A DNA stretch of 64,000 nt from Plasmodiophora brassicae (taxonomy: Eukaryota): assembly GCA_036867785.1 (NCBI GenBank), contig CP145421.1, forward strand, positions 124,001 through 188,000, given 5' to 3'. This document shows positions 12,201-22,086 of this stretch, one piece after another. The notes beneath the pieces are model-generated. The model saw only the letters and a list, made by a program, of their open reading frames with translations, made no database searches and was not told where the DNA came from. Position numbers and translations under genes: made by a program. Position 1 is the stretch's first letter; each line of letters begins with the position of its first letter.

Positions 12201-14545
12201 GTCTGTTTGTTGACGGCTTCATTGATGTCGACGGTCAGCCGATGGCCGCGAACCTCCGTGTCCTTCTTGTCGACGACCAGACACGGCGACGCGTACCTGC
12301 TGTGCGGATTGCGGTACACAAAATCGTTTTCCGCCAAGGTTCCTACGTGATCATCCATGAATTTTTGATGTTCGAGGGTATACCTTCGTGTTCGGCAACG
12401 AACAGGACGAGCATCTGCTTTGAAGTGTAGTTTCAGTGGACTTACTTTCGCAGGTGGATCACGGCCAAGCTTCGTTCGCCATATGTCTTTGTGTCGATTG
12501 ACAGTTGTGCGTAGACGCGGGACTTGATCGTTAGGGAAACCGGAGTCAGTTGCACGTTGTATCATCCGGTCTATTGCCCTGTCCACGTCTGTATCGGAGT
12601 GTTCTCCGATTTCGACATCATAGTCGTCACCCGGATCATTGGTGTCCAATTGGGGCTCATGATCGCGAGTTGTTCCACTTACCTCCGGGTGTCTTACCGC
12701 TCTCATCGTGATCCCTTGACCACCTGGGGCGTGACGTTCCGGGGTCGGATCCGCTTCGATGATGATAGGACCATTTGCCTCGATTAACATCTCCTTCAGT
12801 TGTGTAGCTGGATTGATACCCAACGCGTCCAGTTCCGGGGCTCCTAAAAGGACAATGTCATCAGATAGGTCTTCGCGACATACGTTGATTTCCCGCCCGC
12901 GTAGATGTGCAGGTTTGCCATGCGAAGGTGGGACAATGGTGATGTCCACGATCGCTGTGGCGACAATTGTTGTCGTAGCCCCGATCGTCGCAAGTTTCGC
13001 CTCCGTTGGATGGTCGAACACTTTGACTGGGACATGCTGGATGGCTTGAATCCGTAGCAGTTGCGACTGCGAAATGACGGTCTTCGTCGCACCACTATCG
13101 GCTTCGAATGGAAGGTCGAGCGAGTTCTGGAAGCGAAGTCTCATAGGGGACGGTGTTGACGGCGACGGCGGGCCCATGCGCTTTGCCGCGTCTGCGTTGC
13201 CCTTATTCTCCTCCTTCTCTTTGCGCTCTTTCTGGAACTTCTCAATGGCAGCTTTGCGTTCTCCTTGTGTTGCCTTCGGGCACACTTGGACCCAGTGCTG
13301 CTCCTTGCAGATTAGGCAACCTGCCTTTGGAGGATCCTTACCTTCGAAACGTTTTCGGATGTGCTCGGGGGTGTCCCTCGATTCGTCTTTCGTTTGCGAT
13401 GTGGACGATTGAGCTGTCTTCAGTCCGATCGGATTTGTCGGATGCTTGCCGCCATTCCTATTCGGAGCAACAACGTCCTTACCTTTCTTACCTGCAGGTG
13501 GGGACATGGTCTGCGCTGGAGACTTCTTCTTCTCAGCTTGCAGCCGGAAGTGTTTGTCCTGCTCTTTGGCAAGACGGTCGACGAGGTCGAAGAATTTGAG
13601 CTCGTCCTTCTCAGCGTCCCTGCACCCTCCGAACTCGATCGCGCGTTCGACTAGAACCGCAAGGTCAGTGGGACGGATACCTCCGCGTAATACCTTGATC
13701 TTGCGCTTGGTTCCTTTCGTTCCTTTGGCGTATGTGTCTTGTAGCCCATAGTCGTCGATTAGCTCATCGAACTTGGCGAAGAAAGACGTGACACGTTCCT
13801 CAATACTCTTGATTGACAGGTTCATGACCACTGTCTTCGTGAGAAGCGCCTTGATGTCTGTCGAACTCTCGACATCAGCCTCCCTGCGTTGGACTGACCT
13901 CAAGTAGCTCATGATGTCGCCATCCGTGATCGTGCTGGCGGGTTGACGTAGGCGATATTTCGACATCCCTTTGAGGACGTCCTCGGTAATGCATGACTTC
14001 ACCGTTGGCGGATGAATATCCTCCTTGTAGATCAGTCGGCGCTCGTTAACGATCTCGACGTGTTTCCTATATTTCTTGAGGAAATCGTTAATTCCGTCCT
14101 TGGCCGTAAGGCTCAGGGTACGTAGGATGGGCGGTTTCAAAGGCATAAAGATCGGGCTCTTACCGTGCAGGTTTGTTGACTGAAGCCCTCGATCGATTTC
14201 GTCATCTGTCGACGATTCATGCTCCTTGGCCTCGGCGTCGGAGTTGGTCCTGGCGTCGTCCTCCATCTGTAGACGAACGGGCGCTCTGCGGCCACCTCCT
14301 GCCATTAAGTGAGTTCGTTTGCTTGGGGCTCTTTGCGCAAGAAGCTTCTGTGCTAACGCCGCCGCTGCCCACTACGGGGGCGGTCGGTCGCAAGAGTCGG
14401 CGCCTGGTGATATAACGAACTGATGTATTTGGACAGGATCGTCACAGCAAGGGCCGCTGCGGGGTCGAGTACGGTCATGATCATGTGACCGGGTGGCAGC
14501 AGCATCTGAGCAGCATCATCTGAGTACTGGTACTCTGGATGAACA
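9212..14545 (-). mobile_element. Full-length chromodomain-bearing Ty3/Gypsy element (Gypsy-1)
   Basis: 197-bp LTRs 9212-9408 and 14349-14545, apparently identical. TSD CCGCC, PPT CGGGGAG. Inserted into a 19-bp tandem repeat (ACGGTCTCCGGAGTCCGC). Confidence 0.97.
9418..14305 (-). CDS. Gypsy-1 gag-PR-RT-RH-IN-chromodomain, frameshifted near 12082
   Basis: CLICKEQHWVQVC, ADSGA, DAFKGYWQ, WIDD, PDAS/EKEA/TDH, HYDF/DRGTHF/NGTVE, chromodomain LLINWIGFDATDNSWEP. Confidence 0.93.
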
Positions 14546-14997
14546 CCGCCACGGTCTCCGGAGTCCGCGGTCTATTCTGGGAACACACGACTGGACCTTG
14601 TGGGACTGTTGACTGTGCCTGCCCGGAGTTTCCGGTAGTTGTGGTCTAGCGGAGTTGCATGCCGGTTCAAGGTGTGACCGTGATCATCATAGGTGCAGCT
14701 AGGCTGTGCATATGATTCACTCCCCTCGTCAAGCTAAAGTCCCCCTGTTGCGCTTTGACCCTGTTGTTGGCGCTGTAGTGGGGTCTTGCAGGGTGGCGGC
14801 TCCGGGGCGAGTCTATGGGCTCATCGAGTCCTCCAAGGTTCGCAGGTGATTGGTCTTCCTCACTTCGGTTGACCAGCCTACACTACTGACGACATCCACC
14901 CCCCTGTGGGAGGTGGTCACCTTTTTACAGGCGCCCCTTCACCTTCCACCTGCTCAAATGACCCCCTATGATCAGTCCTAAACGACACTTACTGGGC

Positions 14998-15148
14998 TGT
15001 CGGGCACCCACAGGACAAAGGTGAAAAACGCGGGCGCCGCTGGGAATCGAACCCAGGGCCAACGGTTGAACGTACCGCTGCTGTACCACTCAGCTACGGC
15101 GCCTGAAGTCCGACTGGCGTGAGGATTGGATGTATGTAATTCCTGACA
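14998..15148 (-). mobile_element. 151-bp Copia-type 3' LTR containing a tRNA-like gene
   Basis: Termini TGTCAGG...CCCGACA, preceded on the - strand by PPT TTGAGGGGGCG (same style as the other Copia/TRIM PPTs here). Confidence 0.7.
15032..15103 (-). tRNA. tRNA-like gene with intact cloverleaf but non-canonical anticodon loop (ACGTTCA)
   Basis: GGCGCCG TA GCTG AGTGGTA CAGC A GCGGT ACGTTCA ACCGT TGGCC CTGGG TTCGATT CCCAG CGGCGCC C. A box TAGCTGAGTGG, B box GGTTCGATTCC, TTTTT terminator 3 nt downstream. Confidence 0.85.
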
Positions 15149-15162
15149 CGCCCCCTCAATCC

Positions 15163-15261
15163 TGAAACGACGAAATCAGAGTGAGATATATTGATGGATA
15201 TAGAGCGAAGATATTGGGTGTGACGGGCAACGTCGTAGACGTGAGACGCGGTGCACGTTAC
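15163..15261 (-). mobile_element. LTR end fragment related to Copia-2
   Basis: First 31 bp (TGAAACGACGAAATCAGAGTGAGATATATTG) are identical to the Copia-2 5' LTR end at 24166-24196. Confidence 0.65.
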
Positions 15262-16197
15262 TAAGAACGACAATAACGAAGTGATTTATTCCACCGACAT
15301 CGGCGCGAGACGATGGCGACGTAACGCAGTGTAACAGGGCTTGCCAAAGCCGTTACCGGCAACGGCGACGGTGGCGGAGCCTCTGTTGTGGACGTGACAC
15401 AGTCGCGCACCCACACAATGTCATCGTGTGCCGGTGGTAGGACATGGTCCTCGACACGCCCCCTCCAACGGCACGCGGTTGCATGCGGAAGGCGGTCGAA
15501 CGGACGTGTCCCGGCTGGATCTTCGACTCTGGATCATGTACAACACGACCTTGCTCGTGCTTGTATGTCTTGGCTTGTTGACGCGACACGAGACTGATCG
15601 TGGCGTAGCTAGAGCTGACATGTATGGCGCGATATGCTGGGGCGGAGTCGACAGTGACGACAGAGACTGAAGGACGTGGCTCGGGACGACACCGACGCCG
15701 AAGGCGCCGGCGGACAACGTTATATCGAGAAGAGGTTGAGGCAAGCGATTGAGGCCCGTACGACCGGCGTACGCCTGGCGCTTACGTCCCGGTACTGGTT
15801 CTGGATTCCCGTAATGACGGCCTGCCTTGCTTGCACGATCTGCCTCGGCTCTCTGGCGCGTGGCGCGACTGGAGTGGGCGTTCGTGGCGCGTTGTGCAGA
15901 AGCAGGGTCAGGGCAGAGACGCAGTGACGCGGGACTGGCTCTGGATGGCACCGGCGCGCCGGGCGCCGGCGGGCTCGCCGCCTCGAAGCGCGCGAACGCT
16001 ACGACTGTTAATCTAAGAACGACAATAACGAAGTGGATGTATTACGTACGGCGTGTGCGGCGGACGTTACAGTGGCGACGTAGTCGCCGACGGTGTAACG
16101 GTTGCCAACGCCGGCGGGCACGGAGTCGCGGAGTGCGTGACGGCGTTCACGTGCTGCAGGCATGTGCTGCTGGTCGTAGTGGATACGTTGTTCGACA
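15262..16197 (-). mobile_element. Non-autonomous TRIM-like element (TRIM-B) with discordant LTRs
   Basis: 3' LTR 15262-15456, PPT, internal region homologous to TRIM-A, PBS 16000-16013. The 5' LTR 16014-16197 shares only TGTCGA and the last ~22 bp. No TSD. Confidence 0.8.
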
Positions 16198-16636
16198 GCA
16201 TCGTCACGACGACGTCAGCCTCGCCACGTCATCGGGCTAAATCGGGGCACGCAGTTTGTCTAAATATAGTCCAGGACCGTCAGGTCAGGTGGCAGCACGT
16301 TGATGTAGGGAACGAGACGCTATAAATAGAGCCCCGCTCTACACTGCCTTTCTCCAAACTCGTGACCGGAATCATCGGTGAGCACGTAGTACGTAGATGG
16401 TGAAGTTGACAGAAGGTAGTGTGAGACTCGGAATCACCCAATACTCACTAAAAACCACCTTGTAACCCCATGGGAAAAATCGGTGGAAAATCCATTTACG
16501 GACACCCTTGCCACCAAACACCATCGGTGCAACGAAGACATAAGCGATGGTGCGCTCGACCCACATAGGTGGAGCCCGGTCCATATACATCTGGAAAGTA
16601 TCATTCACCTAACTCAGCGGCCGACCCACATAGGTG

Positions 16637-17586
16637 TGTCGAGGATCATGTCGTACCACCGGCACACGGTGACACCGTGACAGTGCGCGACTGCGTAACG
16701 TCCTCGGCAGAGGCTCCGCCACTGACGCCGTTGTCGGTAACGGCTTGGCAAGCCCCTGTTACACAGCGTTACATCGCCACCGTCTCGCGCCGATGTCGGT
16801 CGGAATAAATCACTTCGTTATCGTCTTCATCAGATTAACAGTCGTAGGCGTTCTGCGCGCTTCGAGGCGGTGAGCCCACCGGCGCCCCGCGCGCCGGTGC
16901 CATCCAGTGCCAGTCCCGCGTCACTGTGTCTCTGCCCTGACCCTGCTTCTGCACAACGCGCCACGAACGCCCACTCCAGTCGCGCCACGCGCAAGAGAGT
17001 CCAGGCAGATCGCGCCAGCAAGGCAGGCCGTCATTAAGGGGATCCAGAACCAGTACCGGGACGTAAGTGCCAGGCGTACGCCGGTCGTACGGGCCTCAAT
17101 CGCTTGCCTCAATCGCTTCGCAAGATAACGTTGTCCGTCGGCGCAATCTGCGTCGACGTCGTCCTGAGCCAGATCCAACACCCTGCGCGTCATCGTCGAA
17201 CCCGCCTCAGCAAATTGCGCCATTCATGTCACCTCAAGCTACGCCACGATCCGTCTCGTGCCGCGTCAACGAGCCAAGGCATATGAGCACGTGCAAGGCG
17301 GTGTTGTTCATGATTCAGAGTCAAAGGTCCAGCCGGGACACATCCGTTCGACCGTCTTCCGCATGCAACCGCGTGCCGTTGGAGGGGGCGTGTCGAGGAT
17401 CATGTCGTACCACCGGCACACGGTGACACCGTGACAGTGCGCGACTGCGTAACGTCCTCGGCAGAGGCTCCGCCACTGACGCCGTTGTCGGTAACGGCTT
17501 GGCAAGCCCCTGTTACACAGCGTTACATCGCCACCGTCTCGCGCCGATGTCGGTCGGAATAAATCACTTCGTTATCGTCTTCATCA
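16637..17586 (+). mobile_element. Young non-autonomous TRIM-like LTR element (TRIM-A, 950 bp)
   Basis: 196-bp apparently identical LTRs 16637-16832 and 17391-17586, TSD AGGTG, PBS GATTAACAGTCGTA, PPT GGAGGGGGCG, no pol. Confidence 0.95.
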
Positions 17587-18022
17587 AGGTGGACCCCCAG
17601 CGCAACAGAGTCTCGATAGCCAGTACGCCCTGACCAGAGTCAACTGCGGTGAAGAGGAACTTAACAGACGCTGCCGACTGCCTCGTGATCGTAACGTATC
17701 AATGAGGTCACCGTCATGACCCATCGAGGAACGTATTGGCCTCTCATAGGAGTGCCATAAACCATAGTCGCATGACGTCCATGACAACCAGGTTAACTGA
17801 TCCCATGACGTCCATGAAAATCAGTGAAGCGGGTCCCAACGTTTTGAGTACCCGGTCCTCAGCTATAGAAGACCATGATCCAGATCATCTTCGTAACGTT
17901 CACCATGAACCGATACGGTGGCGTCGTCCGTGATTAGGTCCCGACGCAACGTATGAAGCGTATACGATTGTTGATTCCTACGAACCCAACAACCGTAAAT
18001 CATGGATACCTTGCACCCATAC

Positions 18023-21000
18023 CTAATGTTTTGTTCGTTGCTTCCGTTGCGCTTGTCGCTTCCCCGTATTCGTACCCTTTTGCATCGGCGCCATTTCTCG
18101 TAACGCCTCCACTTGCGGATGATCATCTCCGAGACGTCGTATAAGCTTCTGGACTAGTTCGGGAACATCTTCGTAGATGATACGAGCAGGTTCCCACGTT
18201 GCTTCCGCCTCGTCGAATCCAGACCATAGAACCTTGATCTGAAGTTCTTGCGTTTCTCGATCCACTCGACAGTCCAGTAGATCGTCCACCAACAGCTGGT
18301 TATCAGCGTGCTGGAGATGACGCTTGAGATCGACGGTCATGTTCAGGTCGGCGTCAGCGTATCGTCGAATTCGTTGTGAGTGTGCGTTGAAGTGTCGTTC
18401 AGTGAGCGGGTCTTCCAGCTCGTACACTTGATCGTTGATCATCTTGACGACTCGATATGGGCCTCGCCACTGGGCTATCAACTTCTGAGCAGGACCCGGT
18501 ACCGGTTTTGCGTTGAGCACGTAGTCGCCAACGATGAACGATTCGTAGTGGCTCTTGTTCAGGCGTCGTCGCCGTTGTGCCTTTGCTTCATCAACGGCCT
18601 TGTGAATCTCGTCGAGGACCTCTTGTAACGTCGGCACATACTTGGCGAATCCTTCAGGTGGTATGCGTCGCCATTGTCTCTCCTTCGGATCCCAGATCTG
18701 GTCGAGCGGGCTTTCTGGCGAACGCCCCGTGACGACCGTGATCGGCGCGTAACCGTTGAGACGTCGACTTGGCGTGTGGTTAATGACGTGCTGAACGACT
18801 GGACACAAGTACGGCCAGTTGTGCGTCGTAATCTGGGCCTCGTTCAGGATCGAACGCATGACGTTGAGCACAGTGCGGTTTGCGCGCTCCACCGTGCCAT
18901 TGGCCCATGGACAGTATGCAGTCGTGATGTGATGCTGAACATCTCGTAACCTGGTAAGCTCCTCCATGATTTCCGCCGTGAAGTGTGAACCACCGTCCGT
19001 GACCAGGTACTCAGGCGTCGCGAAATCAGCAATCCACTGATTCAGAGCTTCCGTAGCAACACGACTTGTCGCCTCAGCTGATGGGATCAGGCGTACGTAG
19101 CCGCTGAAGTCGTCCTTCAGGAGCAGGATGTACTTGTACTGGTGGTCCGTGCCCCTGACTGGCTCCACGTAGAGGTAATCCATGGTGAGCACGTCGAACG
19201 GCTTGTGGCCATGCAACGCTTCACCAAGTGGTCTTGGAACTTTCTTACCACCGCGTGTCGTAATGCAATGCAGGCATTGCTGGCACATCGCTTGAATGTC
19301 CTGACTGATCTTCTTCCAGACGAAGCGCTCCATGATCATCTGCTTGGTTACGTCGTACGCACGATGACCAGCGCTCGCGCAATGACCAATAATCAGGATC
19401 CGTAGTCGTAGACTCTTGCAGTCCAGATGGCATGGGATGAGAACAGCTTTGTCCTCGTTCTTCCACAAACGATCAGCTTCGTCGAAGTAGACGCCATTGT
19501 CAATCTTCTCGTCCCGTGACAGTAGTCGCTGTGCATCGCGAATCTCCATCTCCGTCGGCCAGCTAAACTCAGGATGCTGCCGAGGAGTGACTTGCAAGTC
19601 GTCAAGCTCCATGATGCGTGCTGCTCGACATGACAAGGCGATACGACCGGCGCCCCATCTTGTCAGCAGGTCAGCCCAAACGTTGTCCTCTCCGGCGATG
19701 CTCTTCGTCTGGTAGCGGAACCCCTGCAGGTGCAACGCCCAACGTTCCAGCTTCTGGGCGGTGTGCTTCTTCATTTCGGAGTCCTGACTGAAAATGAACG
19801 TCAGATTGCGATGATCGGTATAGAGTAGGAACTCTCGTGATGTCTGAAGCAGGAAGTCCCCGCGTTCCGTAGCGTAGATGATCGCGGCCGCCTCCTTCTC
19901 GGGCGTAGACCATCGTAGTTCTGAACCAGCGAAGCGTTTGCCATAGAACGCGAGAGGTTCGTGACGTTGATCGCAAACAGGCAGGTCGATATCCTCCAAC
20001 GGGATCTGCGTGATGACAGCTGCCCATGCCGTTTCACTTGCGTCGGTGAACAGGCATGTCTGGTAGTTCGACTTCGGGTAGGCCAGCTGAACGTGTTGAA
20101 TCAGGGCGAACCGTATGTCCGTAAATGACTTGTTGTGCTGGTCACTCCAACCCAACGCGTCAAGCGTGATCGATGATGGCGTTGCGGATCGAATACGCTT
20201 CAACTCGTCATTGGCCCGATCGATAATGTCTTGTAGTGGACGGATGATACATGGATAGCCGGGTATGTGAGTACGCATCCAGTTGGCCGCCCATAGGAAC
20301 TGCTGCAACTCCTTGACAGTTCGCGGACGCGACATGGTCGTAAGCGCTTCAATACGTTCTGGGTCATGTCGTACACCATCACGTGAGTAGATTCGCCCGC
20401 ACCACTTCAGTTCACGAGCGAATAACGTGCACTTGCCCGGATTCAGTTTCACATTGCGTTCACGACATCTCTCAAGAACCCGCGTCAGCTGATGTAGCAG
20501 GTCATCCTCTGACTTTGCGAATCCAAGGAGGTCGTCGATCCATATCAGCAGATTGTCCTTCATGTCGTCGAAGATCGCTGCCATCCGAGCATGAAATTGA
20601 ATTGCCGAGTTCATGCCTCCTTGAATACTCCTCGTAGGCGTATAGACAGCGTCGTCCGTCATGAAGCTGAATTTTTCTTGGCATTCCTTTGCCAACGGCA
20701 TTAGCCAGAAGCCTTTGAACGCGTCGATCGTGAAGAAGCATGTCATGCCAGCAAGCTTGCGCGTGACCGCCTCCACGTTAGGCATCGGCCAGGCGGTGGG
20801 AACACACCGCGCGTTGACCTGGCGTAGGTCGACACATAGACGGTAGCCGTCGCCCTTCGGTTTCTTTACGACTAAGACGGGACTTGCCCAGCGAGAGTTC
20901 ATGTTCATGTAGATGAGACCGTTCTCCTTGAGCATTTTGACCATATCGTCAAGGAATTCCTTCTGCTTCGGGTTGTAGAACCGCGGCTTGCACCGGTAAG

Positions 21001-21720
21001 GCGTGATATCCGGCTTCAGCTGCGTTACCATCGGTTCGACATCGACAGGCTTATCTTGCCCCAGCCGCGTACGGAATTCGTTCAGGTGTCGTCGCAATAT
21101 CAGACGTAGTCGAGCAACTCCATGTCGGGACATTCCGTTGAGGCGTGCTTGATGCACCATTCGATTGCACGACGTTTCGATCTCGTGCACGTTGATTGGT
21201 CCCAGGTCGACTTCACTTGAAGATGGCTCAGCGGAGTCTGGTTCCTGAGGGGCTTGAAAGTAGTCGCTTCCAAGCGTTGTCATTCTAGCAGCAATGCGCC
21301 GCACAGTCTCGATTGAATCGACGTCGACTGCCGCACATCCTGACAGCGTGTCCATCTCGGTACATCCTGATGCGATGATGTTCTCCAGCTGCTTATGCGG
21401 GTTGATGCCAACGCAGATAGAAGATTGTCACCGAACAGGATCACTGGAATCGTGTCGCAGACGTAGTAGGTCACATGGTACAGCTTAAGGTTGCCAACCT
21501 CGGTCTCCAGAGTCGTGACTGGAACTTGTACCATTCTCGTGATCGTCCCGATGACCTTGCCATCTGCGGAAGTGATGTCTCGTGGCTGGGCGTCGCGAAA
21601 TGTGGCATCATTCAACTGGTCAGCGATATGGCCAGGTATGATATTTCCACCACGACAGCCCGAATCCAGTTCGTAGGGAACGCGTATGCCTTCCAGCACT
21701 ACCCGTTGCATTGATTCCTC
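18023..21720 (-). CDS. Gypsy-2 PR-RT-RH-IN-chromodomain (frameshift ~21410)
   Basis: LDSGC protease, DAFKGFW, WIDD, TDAS/EKEA/TDH, TMDY/DGGSHF/NGTVER, chromodomain IKVLWSGFDEAEATWEP. Confidence 0.92.
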
Positions 21721-22086
21721 AGTCCCAGTGTACCCGTCAGTCTTCTGGACCGTTTGCGCCTTGCGACTGAGATGCCATGACGTTGTAAACAGTTGCGACG
21801 CTCCGCCGCCCGTTAACGTGTAACGTGTACGTGTGGTTGGACGTATACGTAGGGGTGGGACGTAGTGCGCACTGTAGTCCCGTGTCTGCAGACTCTTGAC
21901 GGCACGTAATGACACAGAAACAGAATGACGTTTATCGATCGCATCGTCACGACGACGTCAGCCTCGCCACGTCATCGTGCTAAATCGGGGCACGCAGTTT
22001 GTCTAAATATAGTCCAGGACCGTCAGGTCAGGTGGCAGCACGTTGATGTAGGGAACGAGACGCTATAAATAGAGCCCCGCTCTACA

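Larger units (their letters stand above)
16198..22086 (-). mobile_element. Chromodomain Gypsy element (Gypsy-2), gag deleted, 3' LTR truncated
   Basis: LTR segments 16198-16343 and 21941-22086 match (1 mismatch). The 5' LTR is probably 21873-22086 (TGTAG..CTACA). PPT GGAGAAAGGCAG at 16344-16355. Confidence 0.88.

Noticed and set aside
9112-14676. Outer LTR hosting Gypsy-1 (TGTCA at 9112, AATAAA, 19-bp repeats)
   Set aside because: Suggestive, but no second LTR, other end or TSD could be found.
15032-15103. Functional tRNA-Asn or opal-suppressor/Sec tRNA
   Set aside because: The loop lacks U33/R37, UCA is off-centre and there is no long variable arm. It also does not match the GATTAACAGTCGTA PBS.
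16372-16608. env-like ORF in the Gypsy-2 3' region
   Set aside because: Only 78 aa, no convincing motifs, and the region is interrupted by TRIM-A.
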